From the NCBI GenBank assembly GCA_963664825.1, contig OY761614.1, positions 704,001 through 768,000 of the forward strand: a stretch of DNA of 64,000 bases, read 5' to 3'. The notes below the pieces were generated by a model, which was not told where the DNA came from, did not search any database, and saw nothing but the letters and a program-made list of their open reading frames with translations. The first letter of the stretch is position 1. Every line of letters starts with the position of its first letter. The stretch is from an uncultured Holophaga sp. GTDB taxonomy: Bacteria; Acidobacteriota; Holophagae; Holophagales; Holophagaceae. Positions 1-10,016 of this stretch are shown in pieces. The position numbers and the translations under genes were made by a program.

Positions 1-10
1 GGAATTCCAT

Positions 11-883
11 GTGGGGGCCGCCAATGCCCGGGGCATCCCCCTTTCGGAGCATTTCCTGGACCGCGAGGTCCAATCCTCGGGAAGACCCCGGGCCGAACTC
101 TGGGAGCTCATGCGCACCCGCATCGCCGTCATGCGGCATTCCCTGAAGCGCGGCCTGGAGGCTCCCCAGCGCTCCCCCAGCGGCATGGTGGACGGGGCCG
201 CCTATCGGCTTTCCCAATGGGCTTCGAAAGACCATTCCCTCCTGGGGCCCGCCTTCTCGCAGATGCTGGCCTCGGCCCTGGCAGTGGCGGAGGTCAACGC
301 CTGCATGGGGCGCATCGTGGCGGCTCCCACGGCCGGTTCCTGCGGCGTGCTGCCCGCGGCGCTCTTCACGGTGGCCTCCCAGCGCCAGGTGCCCGAGGAA
401 GCCCTCGTGAGGGCCTTCTTCACCGCCGGGGGCATCGGCACGGTGATCGAGAAGCTCGCCAGCCTGTCGGGGGCGGAGGGGGGCTGCCAGGCCGAGGTGG
501 GATCGGCCTCCGCCATGGCCGCCGGCGGCCTCACTGAGATGCTGGGAGGCGACCCGGAGCAGGTCTGCCACGCCGTCGCCTTCGCCCTCGCCAATGTGAT
601 GGGCCTCATCTGCGACCCGGTCAGGGGGCTGGTGGAGGAGCCCTGCGTGCGGCGGAACACACTTGGGGCCCTCAACGCCACGGCCTCGGCCGAGATGGCC
701 CTGGCGGGCATTCCCTCGGTGTTTGGCGCCGACGCCGTGATCGAGACCATGGGACGGGTGGGGAGGCGCCTGCCGGAGGAATTCCGGGAGACGGCCCGGG
801 GGGGGCTGGCCCTCCTCCAACCCAGCGTCCGGGATACCCAGGGCGGAGCGGGCCCCGAGGCCCTTTCACCTCTGGAGAAATGA
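11..883 (+). CDS. sdaAA: L-serine dehydratase, Fe-S dependent, alpha subunit (probably 5'-partial)
   Basis: Motifs EVNACMGRIVAAPTAGSCG, GAEGGCQAEVG, GLICDPVRGLVEEPC; frame open to window edge. Confidence 0.9.
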   Translation: MGAANARGIPLSEHFLDREVQSSGRPRAELWELMRTRIAVMRHSLKRGLEAPQRSPSGMVDGAAYRLSQWASKDHSLLGPAFSQMLASALAVAEVNACMGRIVAAPTAGSCGVLPAALFTVASQRQVPEEALVRAFFTAGGIGTVIEKLASLSGAEGGCQAEVGSASAMAAGGLTEMLGGDPEQVCHAVAFALANVMGLICDPVRGLVEEPCVRRNTLGALNATASAEMALAGIPSVFGADAVIETMGRVGRRLPEEFRETARGGLALLQPSVRDTQGGAGPEALSPLEK

Positions 884-1009
884 CCGACCCTGTTTATACA
901 TTTAAGCCAACGCCTCCCATCTCCCTCGTCAACGTTTGGTTGTGGGCATCGGTTGTGGGCCCAGGTGGCGGGCTGTAGCATCGATGACGCAGGCAATGGG
1001 GAGTGAGCC

Positions 1010-1291
1010 ATGAGCGCTGAAGACAACGCCCGAAAGGGCAAGGGGACAGTATTCGTGCGAGTGGAGGTCTGCAAGGGCTGCTCCTACTGCATCGATTTCT
1101 GCCCCAGCCACGCCCTGGAATTCGGCCGGGAGTTCAACGCCAAGGGCTACCACTATCCCGTGCTCGGCCGGGCCGAGGATTGCACGGGCTGCGACCTCTG
1201 TGGGCTCTACTGCCCGGATTTCGCCATCTTCGGGACCCGCTGGAAGGATCTCGACGAGAAGCGCCAGGCTGCGGCCCCGACGCGCCCCTGA
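1010..1291 (+). CDS. 2x[4Fe-4S] ferredoxin, delta subunit of 2-oxoacid:ferredoxin oxidoreductase
   Basis: Two CxxCxxCxxxCP motifs; first gene of the oxidoreductase operon. Confidence 0.9.
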   Translation: MSAEDNARKGKGTVFVRVEVCKGCSYCIDFCPSHALEFGREFNAKGYHYPVLGRAEDCTGCDLCGLYCPDFAIFGTRWKDLDEKRQAAAPTRP

Positions 1292-1324
1292 ACCAGATCG
1301 TCATCGCAACGGACGGAGGAAATA

Positions 1325-2494
1325 TTGAAAGCGGATCCCAAGGGCGTACTCACGGGTGTCCACTTCATCGACGGCGATCACGCCGCCTGTGAAGGGGCCC
1401 TGGCAGCTGGCTGCCGCTTCGTGGCCGGATACCCCATCACCCCCAGCACGGAGATCGTGGAGCGCTTCGCCACCCGCATCCCCCTGGTGGGAGGCCTTTT
1501 CATTCAACTCGAGGACGAGCTCGCGGCCTCCATTGCCATCCAGGGCGCCGTCTGGGGTGGCCAGAAGGTCATGAACGTGACCTCGGGCCCAGGCCTCAGC
1601 CTGATGATGGAGCACCTGGGTTTTGCGGCCATGACCGAAACCCCCTGCGTATGGGTGGATGTGCAGCGGGGGGGCCCCTCCACGGGACTTCCCACCTTGC
1701 CCGCCCAGGCCGACATGATGCAGATCAAATGGGGCAGCCACGGCGACTTCGAGATCATCGCCCTCTGCCCCAATTCCCCCCAGGAGTGCTTCGATCTCAT
1801 GATCAAGGCCTTCAACCTCGCCGAGGAATACCGCTGCCCGGTCTTCCTGATGATGGACGAGGTGGTGGGCCACATGACCGAGCGGGTGACCATTCCCCCC
1901 GCGGACCAGATCGAGATCACGGAACGCAAGTGGACGAAGAAGCGCCCCGGCGAATACGAGGCCTATGCCACGACGTCTGAGGATCTGGTGCCCGAGATGG
2001 TCAAGGCCGGGGACGGATACCGCATCCATGTGACGGGCCTCACCCACGACGAGCGCGGCTACCCCGCCATGGACGTTCAGAATCAGGCCAAGCTCATTCC
2101 CCGCCTGCTCAACAAGATCCGCAATAACGCCTCCAAGCTGGTGGACGTGCGCATGGACGGCTGCCAGGACGCCGAGATCATCGTGATGTCCTTCGGCATC
2201 ACCTCCCGGGTGGCCGCCGAGGCCATCGATGCGGCCAGGGCCAAGGGCCTGAAAGTCGGCCATCTGCGCCTGATCATCTGCTGGCCCTTCCCCGGGTCGG
2301 TCATCCGGAAACTGGCGGCAACGGCCAAGGCCTTTGTCGTGCCCGAGCTCAACATGGGCCAGATGGTCCATGAGGTTCGCCGAGCCGTCGCCGAATCGGA
2401 GCGCAGTGTGAAGGTCATCTCCGTGCCCCATCCCGGCGGCACGGTGCACGAGCCCGAGATCATCCTCGAGCAGATCCTGGAGGCCGCGCGATGA
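1325..2494 (+). CDS. 2-oxoacid:acceptor oxidoreductase alpha subunit
   Basis: GYPITPSTE, TSGPG, VQRGGPSTGLPT motifs; TTG start after GGAGG. Confidence 0.92.
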   Translation: MKADPKGVLTGVHFIDGDHAACEGALAAGCRFVAGYPITPSTEIVERFATRIPLVGGLFIQLEDELAASIAIQGAVWGGQKVMNVTSGPGLSLMMEHLGFAAMTETPCVWVDVQRGGPSTGLPTLPAQADMMQIKWGSHGDFEIIALCPNSPQECFDLMIKAFNLAEEYRCPVFLMMDEVVGHMTERVTIPPADQIEITERKWTKKRPGEYEAYATTSEDLVPEMVKAGDGYRIHVTGLTHDERGYPAMDVQNQAKLIPRLLNKIRNNASKLVDVRMDGCQDAEIIVMSFGITSRVAAEAIDAARAKGLKVGHLRLIICWPFPGSVIRKLAATAKAFVVPELNMGQMVHEVRRAVAESERSVKVISVPHPGGTVHEPEIILEQILEAAR

Positions 2495-3378
2495 GCGAAT
2501 CCCTCGACCTTCAGACGGCTGGATTGGAGAACCCTGTCCTGCCCTACCTGCGCCAGGATCGTCTCCCGCACATCTGGTGCCCCGGATGCGGCATCGGCAC
2601 CTCCGTCAATTGCTTCTGTCGCGCTCTCTCGGAGAGCGGCCTGGACCTCGACAAGGTGGCCATCGTCTCGGGCATCGGTTGCACGGGGCGCACGGCGGGC
2701 TACCTGAACCTGGATAGCTTCCACACCACCCATGGCCGGGCGATCCCCTTCGCCACGGGCCTCAAGCTGGCCAACCCCGAACTGAACGTGGTGGTCTACT
2801 CCGGCGATGGGGATCTCTTCGCCATCGGCGGCAATCACTTCTTCCATGCCGCCCGACGCAACATGGATCTCCTGGTCATCTGCGTGAACAACTTCACCTA
2901 CGGCATGACCGGCGGTCAGGTGGCCCCCACCACGCCCCTGGGCCCCACCCAGACCACCATGCCCTACGGCAATTTCGAAAGCCCCTTCAACCTGCCCTTC
3001 GTCGCCGACGCCTGCGGGGCCACCTACGTGGCCCGCTGGACGGTCTATCATGTGCGCCAATTGGCCAAGGCCATGAAGGAGGCCCTGGATAAGAAGGGCT
3101 TCCGCTTCATCGAGGTGATGAGCCCCTGCCCCACCCTCTATTCCCGGCGCAACCGCCTGGGGGATGGCGTGGACCAGTTGAAGTATTACAAGGAGAAGAG
3201 CGTCATCAAGCAAGGTGCCGACACCAAGGACATCGGCCTGGATTTCCAGGGCGATATCGTGGTGGGCAAGTTCGTGGACCGGGAGCGCCCCACGTGGCTC
3301 GATTCCATGAACACCCATCTGGGCCAACACTTCGGCGATGCCTTCCAGCCCTACGGAGTCAAGCATGGCCAAGACTGA
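2491..3378 (+). CDS. 2-oxoacid:ferredoxin oxidoreductase beta subunit (TPP-binding)
   Basis: WCPGCG, SGIGC, GDGD, YGMTGGQ motifs; ATGA overlap with alpha. Confidence 0.92.
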   Translation: MSESLDLQTAGLENPVLPYLRQDRLPHIWCPGCGIGTSVNCFCRALSESGLDLDKVAIVSGIGCTGRTAGYLNLDSFHTTHGRAIPFATGLKLANPELNVVVYSGDGDLFAIGGNHFFHAARRNMDLLVICVNNFTYGMTGGQVAPTTPLGPTQTTMPYGNFESPFNLPFVADACGATYVARWTVYHVRQLAKAMKEALDKKGFRFIEVMSPCPTLYSRRNRLGDGVDQLKYYKEKSVIKQGADTKDIGLDFQGDIVVGKFVDRERPTWLDSMNTHLGQHFGDAFQPYGVKHGQD

Positions 3379-3916
3379 GATCCGCGTCGGCGGCCTGGGA
3401 GGCCAGGGCGTCATCCTCAACGCCTCCATCCTGGGCAAGGCCGCCAGCATCTTCGAAGGCAAGCACGCCACCCTCATCCAGGCCTTCGGCCCCGAGGCCA
3501 GGGGCAGCGCGTGCAGCGCCCAGGTGACCATCTCCACCGAACCCATCGCCTACCCCTACGTCAAGCGTCCCGATGTGCTGGTGCTGATGAGCCAGGACGC
3601 CTACAACCAGTTCGTGCCTTCGCTGAAACCCGGCGGTCTCGTCCTCTTCGAGGAGGAGTTGGTCACGGTGGATGGGCACCTACCCAAGGGGGCCCGCGCC
3701 CTCGGCATCCCCGCCACCCGCTTCGCAGAAGAGCTGGGCCGCCGTCTCGTGCTCAATATCGTGATGGTCGGTTTCTTCGCAGGCGCCACGAACCTGCTCT
3801 CCTTCGAATCGGTCGAGAAGGCCGTGCGAGATTCCGTGCCCAAGGGCACCGAGGACCTGAACATGCGCGCCCTCCGAAAGGGCTTCGAATACGGTCGCAA
3901 CCCCCAGGGGGCCTGA
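3365..3916 (+). CDS. 2-oxoacid:acceptor oxidoreductase gamma subunit
   Basis: GLGGQG and FGPEARG motifs. Confidence 0.9.
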   Translation: MAKTEIRVGGLGGQGVILNASILGKAASIFEGKHATLIQAFGPEARGSACSAQVTISTEPIAYPYVKRPDVLVLMSQDAYNQFVPSLKPGGLVLFEEELVTVDGHLPKGARALGIPATRFAEELGRRLVLNIVMVGFFAGATNLLSFESVEKAVRDSVPKGTEDLNMRALRKGFEYGRNPQGA

Positions 3917-3955
3917 TCCGAAGGATGCGGAGACGCTTTTAAACGCGCAACCACC

Positions 3956-4696
3956 TCACAGGTTCTTCAGCACTTCCTGGCGCTTCTGCTGGTATTCCTC
4001 CTCGGTGATCAGGTTCTCGTCCCGCATGCGCTTCAGGGCGCGCAGGCGCTTCTCCTGCTGCTCGAAGAAGGTGGCATCCCGAGCCGTGGGTGCGGCAACC
4101 GCGGGCGCCGACGCACTCAAAGGCGCAGCCGCCAGGGGAAACATCAACCAATCCGCCCTATGGGAGATCGCCACCGGACTCTGCAGGCTAACGGCACTGG
4201 CCACCATGCGGGAACCGTACTGGAATTCGGGCAGGACCTGCATCCCGCGGTAGCGGTCGACGAATTCCAGCCGCGTATCGTGCACGATGAGGTTGAGGCT
4301 GCCCCCCTGGACGAAGAAGCGTGCCGTGACGCCATTAGGCGTGTTCAGGAAGCTGCCCTCTCGCCGGTGGGTGCTGAGCAGCAGGAGATCGTCCCCGGGA
4401 CCCGCCACGGCCAGGGCCTCGCGCAGCGCGCCCAGGAGGGGGGGCAGCTCGTCCTTGAGAAAGAGGGCTTCACCGCCTTTCTCCGTGGCGAATCGAACCG
4501 AACTCAGTTGCTGGCGCAGCGCCTCCGCATCGACCTGGGCCGGATGCTCGTTCACGGGAGCCCCGGCCTCCGCAGGTAGGCGCTTCACCCAGGTGAATTC
4601 GCTGATCTTCCACTGTCCCCGGGGAGCCCCGGCCACCAGTGGCACCGTGCAGATCAAGGTCGCGATCATGCGCAGAATCCGGGGCGGAATACCCAT
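3956..4696 (-). CDS. Exported protein with C-terminal SHOCT domain
   Basis: Signal-like N-terminus after AGGAGG; C-terminal LRALKRMRDENLITEEEYQQKRQEVL. Confidence 0.75.
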   Translation of the reverse strand: MGIPPRILRMIATLICTVPLVAGAPRGQWKISEFTWVKRLPAEAGAPVNEHPAQVDAEALRQQLSSVRFATEKGGEALFLKDELPPLLGALREALAVAGPGDDLLLLSTHRREGSFLNTPNGVTARFFVQGGSLNLIVHDTRLEFVDRYRGMQVLPEFQYGSRMVASAVSLQSPVAISHRADWLMFPLAAAPLSASAPAVAAPTARDATFFEQQEKRLRALKRMRDENLITEEEYQQKRQEVLKNL

Positions 4697-4832
4697 TTCG
4701 ACCTCCTTAAGGGCTTGCATCCGCCAGTGTATAAGAACAGCGCCCCGCGAGGCCCAAGAAGGCTCCTCGGAGGGCTTCCATTCCATGGAAGAATGACCTC
4801 ACACATTCCCTAAATTTCCAGAGGATCCCGCC

Positions 4833-5759
4833 ATGGGCCTTTCCGTCACAGACCCCATCGAACGCGCCATCGATCACACCACCTCCATCCTGTTCAAGCC
4901 TTTCCGGGCCGGGAAGTGGCTCGCCCTGGGTTTCTGTGCCTTCCTGGCCCATCTGGGAAGCGGAGGGGGATTGCCTTCCTTCGGCAACCTCGGAGGGCGC
5001 CAGGAGGTCGGGGGATCGCTGAAATCCATGGCGGAGCCGGTCCATACCTGGGCCCAGGCCCACATGGCTCTCGTGATCGTGCTTGCGATCGTGGCGCTCC
5101 TGGTGGGGCTGGTCCTCCTGTGGCTGAAGGCCCGGGGGCAGTTCATGCTAGTGGATGGCCTCAGCCACAACCGTGGAGAGATCGCCGCCCCTTGGAGGGA
5201 ATACGCCGCCGAAGGCAATGGCCTCTTCGGTTTCAATCTCGCCTTCGGCGTCTTGCTGGTGCTGGGGATCGCGGGAATCGTGGGCCTCGGCATCGTAATG
5301 GCCCTGCCCGATATCCGCGCCAATGAATTCGGTTCCAGGGCTCTCCTCGCCCTCCTGACAGGCATCCCCCTGCTGCTGGTATTCCTCCTGGCCTCAGCCA
5401 TCATCGGCGTATTGCTGCACGACTTCGTCGTCCCGGCCATGTACCTGCGCCGCCAGGGCGTCCTGGAAGCCTGGGGCACCGTACACCGGGAAGTCCTCAG
5501 GGGCCAGACGGGCACCCTCGTCCTCTATTTCCTCATGAAGATCGTCCTCGCCATCGCCATCGGCATCCTGGCCCTCCTCGGGACCTGCCTCACCTGCTGC
5601 TGCGTCATCCTCCCCTACATCGGCACGGTGATCCTGCTGCCCCTCTTCGTATTCCACAGGAGCTATTCCCTCTGCTTCCTGGAACAGCTGGGAGAAGGGT
5701 GGAGGATCTTCGGGGCAGGAGAAACGGCCGAAGCCGAATTGGGCAAGGGAAACGACTAA
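4833..5759 (+). CDS. Multi-pass membrane protein of unknown function
   Basis: 308-aa ORF with several hydrophobic segments and a CLTCCC cluster. Confidence 0.7.
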   Translation: MGLSVTDPIERAIDHTTSILFKPFRAGKWLALGFCAFLAHLGSGGGLPSFGNLGGRQEVGGSLKSMAEPVHTWAQAHMALVIVLAIVALLVGLVLLWLKARGQFMLVDGLSHNRGEIAAPWREYAAEGNGLFGFNLAFGVLLVLGIAGIVGLGIVMALPDIRANEFGSRALLALLTGIPLLLVFLLASAIIGVLLHDFVVPAMYLRRQGVLEAWGTVHREVLRGQTGTLVLYFLMKIVLAIAIGILALLGTCLTCCCVILPYIGTVILLPLFVFHRSYSLCFLEQLGEGWRIFGAGETAEAELGKGND

Positions 5760-5803
5760 TGCGCGTTATCCCATGGCTCCCTCCCATGGCGACCCGAACG
5801 CAG

Positions 5804-5836
5804 ACGTGGTGTCCGGGCTTCGCCTGGACACCACGT
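5804..5836. repeat. Near-perfect palindrome (15-bp stem)
   Basis: ACGTGGTGTCCGGGC-TTC-GCCTGGACACCACGT. Confidence 0.7.
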
Positions 5837-6173
5837 GGGGGTCAAAGGGGGGACGCAGAGCGGACTCTAGCGAGCGGGCGGTCCCCTCTTTCATGGCAGA
5901 CGATGTGTGCAGCAAATTCCACACCCCCGAACCCTGCCCCACGCTGAAGATTCATTCCGATTTCCGTTTTCTCCCCTCGTTGGTTAAATTTGTCCCTATC
6001 AGACCTATCCGTCCCCCCAGCCAGGTGGCTCATGAGACTTTCCGAGAAGGCCCAGATCGGATTCAAGAAGGATGAAACCCGGAATTATCGGGGAGAGCTC
6101 ATCGGACCGGGCGACCGACTGCCGCGCATCCTCCTGATGGCAGCTCAGAACCAAGGGAAGTAGAGGACTCGAG

Positions 6174-7250
6174 ATGCCCATGCACCCACTCCTCATCCTC
6201 CGTGTCCATACCGACCTCCGGCTTGGCTTCGGCCATGTCATGCGCGGCCTGGCGATCCAGGAGCAATGGGCCTCCCTGGGCGGGCAGGCATGCCTGGCCG
6301 TCAGCGGCGATGAACGCGCCCGGCGAGTGGGTTCCGGCCTGCACCCCTTCCTCGACCAAGCGCTGCCCTGTGAGGCGATGGATCTCGGCGAGGATCCCCA
6401 TGCGGCCATTCCCCAGGAACTGAGGGCCCGGGCGGATGTGGCGCTCTTGGACCAGTGGGATTGCGCGCCGGAGCAGATCCAGGCCCTGCGCCCCCTGAAG
6501 GTGGCGGTGATGGAGGATGACGGCGAGGCCCATGAACAGGCCGACCTCCTCTTCCAGCCTTTCCTGGAGGGCGCCCGATGGCCCGCGGGCCCGCCGAAAC
6601 TGGTGGATGGTCGCAAGGTGCGGCCCTGTGAGACACGCCATGGCGCCTGCAGGGTGCTCCGAGGGCTGGATTTCGTGGTGGTAAACCCCGTGGCCACCCG
6701 GCTGCGGCCCCGACGAGAGGCCATGCAGCCCCTCTCGGTCAAGAAGCTGCTGGTGACCTTCGGGGGAACGGATGGTCCCGGCCTCGCCCAGCGCGCCTTC
6801 CACGTGCTCGGAGAGCTCGTCGCCCAGAGACTCTGGACGGGCACCTGCACGCTGCTCGCGCCGAAGGGAGTGGAAGGCCCGCCCGTGCCCGGATGCACGG
6901 TCCTTTCCCACCTGCCCGAACTCACCCGCAGGCTCCAGGACTTCAACGCCATCTGGTGCGCCGCGGGCCTCACGCTGGCGGAAGCCCTGTGCGTGGGCGT
7001 CCCGGCGGCCGCCTGGGGGCAGAACGAACGCCAGGCGCGCATGATCGGGGACCTGGCCATGGCCAATGGCTGCTTTAGCCTGGGCCTAGGACTCGAGGCC
7101 GACCCCGCCGCGGTCGTCCAGGCCCTGGCCCACTGGCTCAGCCCCGAAGGCCAGGAAAGCCGCCAGGAGCAGGTCCGGGATGGCATGGCCCTGGTCGATG
7201 GAATGGGTGCCTCCCGAGTGGCCCAGGACCTCCGGTTGCTGGCCCCGTAG
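6174..7250 (+). CDS. PseG/SpsG-like GT-B fold sugar-nucleotide hydrolase or glycosyltransferase
   Basis: LGFGHVMR, LLVTFGGTD, AAGLTLAE and DGMGASRVA motifs. Confidence 0.65.
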   Translation: MPMHPLLILRVHTDLRLGFGHVMRGLAIQEQWASLGGQACLAVSGDERARRVGSGLHPFLDQALPCEAMDLGEDPHAAIPQELRARADVALLDQWDCAPEQIQALRPLKVAVMEDDGEAHEQADLLFQPFLEGARWPAGPPKLVDGRKVRPCETRHGACRVLRGLDFVVVNPVATRLRPRREAMQPLSVKKLLVTFGGTDGPGLAQRAFHVLGELVAQRLWTGTCTLLAPKGVEGPPVPGCTVLSHLPELTRRLQDFNAIWCAAGLTLAEALCVGVPAAAWGQNERQARMIGDLAMANGCFSLGLGLEADPAAVVQALAHWLSPEGQESRQEQVRDGMALVDGMGASRVAQDLRLLAP

Positions 7251-7271
7251 GCTGTCCAGGGAAATTCATCC

Positions 7272-7300
7272 TTGACCCTCACTCCGTTAAGCGATAAGGT
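7272..7300 (+). promoter_or_regulatory. Putative sigma70 promoter of rplM-rpsI
   Basis: TTGACC-17 nt-TAAGGT. Confidence 0.55.
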
Positions 7301-7364
7301 TTCCTTTCTGCGACCTGCCGAGGGCGGGCCGCGTATGCGACGCCAGAGGCATCGGAGTTCGGCC

Positions 7365-7802
7365 ATGAGCACATTTTTCCCCAAGGCCCAAGATCAGATC
7401 GACCGTAAGTGGTTCCTCGTGGACGCCACGGGAATCCCCGTGGGCCGCTTGAGTACCGTTCTTGCGGACATTCTATCGGGCAAGATGAAACCCACTTGGA
7501 CCCCCTTCCTCGACATGGGCGACCATGTCGTGGTGATCAACGCGGCCAAGGCCGTGCTGACGGGCCGCAAGCCCCAGCAGAAGATATACCGCCGCACCAC
7601 CACCCAGCCCGGCTCCATGAAGGAAGTCCGTGCCGACGTGATGCAGGCCGTTCATCCCGACCGGGTCATCGAAGCCGCCGTGAAGGGCATGCTTCCCAAG
7701 GGCCCCCTGGGACGGGCGATGTATCGCAAACTTAAGGTCTACGACGGCGCTGAGCATACGCAGGAAGCCCAGAAGCCCGAACCCCTGACCATCAAGCTGT
7801 AA
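7365..7802 (+). CDS. rplM: 50S ribosomal protein L13
   Basis: RKWFLVDA, GDHVVVINA, AVKGMLPKGPLGR. Confidence 0.98.
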   Translation: MSTFFPKAQDQIDRKWFLVDATGIPVGRLSTVLADILSGKMKPTWTPFLDMGDHVVVINAAKAVLTGRKPQQKIYRRTTTQPGSMKEVRADVMQAVHPDRVIEAAVKGMLPKGPLGRAMYRKLKVYDGAEHTQEAQKPEPLTIKL

Positions 7803-7817
7803 TCTCTCGAGGCCACC

Positions 7818-8210
7818 ATGGCGATTTCCCAGAACTATGGAACGGGCCGTCGTAAGACGTCCGCTGCTCGTGTTTTCATGCGTCCCGGCACCGGTGCCAT
7901 CACGGTGAACGGTCGAACCCTGGAACACTATTTCCCCAATGCGGTGCTCCGCATGGTGGTGCATCAGCCCCTGTCCATCACGGACATGGCCGGGCAGTTC
8001 GATTTCCTGGTCACCGTCGCGGGTGGCGGTCCCTCCGGTCAGGCCTCGGCCATCCGTCTGGGCATCTCCCGCGCCCTGCTGCGCTACAACGATCAGCTCA
8101 GAGCCACCCTTCGTCAGGTGGGCCTGTTGACCCGCGATCCTCGCATGAAGGAACGTAAGAAGCCCGGTCAGAAGGCCGCCCGTCGGCGCTTCCAGTTCTC
8201 GAAGCGCTAA
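7818..8210 (+). CDS. rpsI: 30S ribosomal protein S9
   Basis: GTGRRKTS N-terminus; [20 protein letters not shown]-terminus. Confidence 0.98.
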   Translation: MAISQNYGTGRRKTSAARVFMRPGTGAITVNGRTLEHYFPNAVLRMVVHQPLSITDMAGQFDFLVTVAGGGPSGQASAIRLGISRALLRYNDQLRATLRQVGLLTRDPRMKERKKPGQKAARRRFQFSKR

Positions 8211-8250
8211 TATATTTTCGGGTGTCCCGAAAATATATGTAATTCTCACG

Positions 8251-8279
8251 CGGGGAGCCTTCGGGCTCCCCGTTGTTTC
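8251..8279 (+). terminator. Intrinsic terminator-like hairpin after rpsI
   Basis: CGGGGAGCC-TTCG-GGCTCCCCG followed by TTGTTTC; preceded by a second perfect 13-bp inverted repeat at 8210-8238. Confidence 0.7.
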
Positions 8280-8374
8280 ACCGGACCGCCCCAGGGCGGT
8301 CGAATCGGGCGGGCAACCGCCTTTCATCCCAACCGCAGTGGCGAACAGCCGCTGGATTTGTTGAGGAGGCCATC

Positions 8375-9133
8375 ATGGCTGCCATTCAAATGAAGGAACT
8401 GCTCGAAGCCGGTGTTCACTTCGGGCATCAGACCAAGCGCTGGAACCCCAAGATGAAGAAGTACATCTTCGGGGCCCGGAATAGCATCTACATCATCGAT
8501 CTGCAGAAGACCCTGCGCCTGTGGAATACGGCTGCGAACTTCCTGACCAAGTCGGCCAGCGAAGGTAAGAACTTCCTCTTCGTGGGCACCAAGCCCCAGG
8601 CCCAGGAACTCATCGCCGAACAGGCCGCGCGCTGCGGAGCCCACTACGTCAACAATCGCTGGCTGGGCGGCATGCTCACGAACTTCGCGACCATCAAGAA
8701 GTCCCTGGACAAGCTCAAGGAGTTCGAGGCCATCCTGAACGATCCGGCCCGCACCGCCCTCATGTCCAAGAAGGAGATCCTCACCCTGGATCGCCAACGC
8801 ACCAAGCTGGACGACTCCTTCCACGGCATCCGCGATATGCGCGGTGTGCCCGATGTCATCTTCGTCGTCGATCCCCACCGGGAAGAGATTGCCATCACGG
8901 AAGCCAACAAGCTGGGCATCAAGATCGTGGGTATCGTCGACACCAACTGCGACCCCGAGCAGATCGACTACGTGGTTCCCGGCAACGATGACGCCATCCG
9001 CTCCATCCTGCTCTTCTCCGAGCGCGTGGCCGATTCCATCCTCGAGGGCCGCCAGTCCTTCCGCGACAAGTCCGACACCGAGGACATGAAGGCCATGATG
9101 ACCGAGAAGATGAACGAGGGTGGCGAAGCCTAG
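8375..9133 (+). CDS. rpsB: 30S ribosomal protein S2
   Basis: [43 protein letters not shown]. Confidence 0.98.
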   Translation: MAAIQMKELLEAGVHFGHQTKRWNPKMKKYIFGARNSIYIIDLQKTLRLWNTAANFLTKSASEGKNFLFVGTKPQAQELIAEQAARCGAHYVNNRWLGGMLTNFATIKKSLDKLKEFEAILNDPARTALMSKKEILTLDRQRTKLDDSFHGIRDMRGVPDVIFVVDPHREEIAITEANKLGIKIVGIVDTNCDPEQIDYVVPGNDDAIRSILLFSERVADSILEGRQSFRDKSDTEDMKAMMTEKMNEGGEA

Positions 9134-9235
9134 TTTCGCCGGAGACCTTCTCCGGATCTTGGTCCCTGGGGCCGGGATCTAGAGAAGGCTTGAAGCGTTT
9201 CCGACCTTGTTTGTACCAATTTGGAGAAGATCGAT

Positions 9236-9892
9236 ATGGCATTCACCGCATTGGATGTGAAGTCCCTCAGGGACAAGACCGGCCTCGGCATGATGGATTG
9301 CAAGAAGGCCCTGGAAGCCAACGATGGGAATATCGACCAGGCCGTGGATTGGCTCCGCAAGAAGGGTCTGTCGGCCGCGGCCAAGAAGGCTGATCGCATC
9401 GCCGCTGAGGGCATCGTGGAAGCCTACATTCACCCCGGGGGCCGCGTGGGCGTGCTCATCGAGATGAACTGCGAAACGGATTTCGTGGGCAAGACCGAGG
9501 GCTTCCAGCGCTTGGTGCGCGAGATCGCCATGCACTGCGCCGCACACGATCCCCAGCCTGTCTTCGTTCGCCGCGACGAGGTGACGCAGGATTTCATCGA
9601 GAAGGAAAAGGAAATCGCCCGCGCCCAGGCCGAGGCCACCGGCAAGCCCGCCGCCATCATCGAAAAGATCGTCGAGGGCAAGCTGAATTCCATCTACAAG
9701 GACTCCTGCCTCTACGAGCAGCAGTTCGTGATGAACCAGGACATCACCGTCGAGCAGTACATCTCCCAGAAGACCGCCGAGATTGGCGAGAAGCTCACCG
9801 TGCGCCGCTTCACGAAGTGGGTCATGGGCGAAGGCCTCGAGAAGCGCAAGGATGATTTCGCCGCAGAAGTGGCTGCCCAGATGGGCAACTAA
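9236..9892 (+). CDS. tsf: Translation elongation factor Ts (short form)
   Basis: [28 protein letters not shown]. Confidence 0.97.
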   Translation: MAFTALDVKSLRDKTGLGMMDCKKALEANDGNIDQAVDWLRKKGLSAAAKKADRIAAEGIVEAYIHPGGRVGVLIEMNCETDFVGKTEGFQRLVREIAMHCAAHDPQPVFVRRDEVTQDFIEKEKEIARAQAEATGKPAAIIEKIVEGKLNSIYKDSCLYEQQFVMNQDITVEQYISQKTAEIGEKLTVRRFTKWVMGEGLEKRKDDFAAEVAAQMGN

Positions 9893-9898
9893 ATAACT

Positions 9899-10005
9899 CA
9901 CGACGGAGGCACGGAGATCACCGAGCTTTCACGCGGAGGACACTGAGACAAGAACTGAATGTTCTTCTCTGTGTCCTCCGTGCCTGCGTGGTGGATCGTT
10001 TTTTT
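9899..10005. repeat. 9-nt-periodic CACGGAG-type inverted repeat hairpin with T tract
   Basis: CACGACGGAGGCACGGAGATCACCGAG...CTCTGTGTCCTCCGTGCCTGCGTGGTG, then TTTTTTT. Confidence 0.65.
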
Positions 10006-10016
10006 AGGAGACGAAG

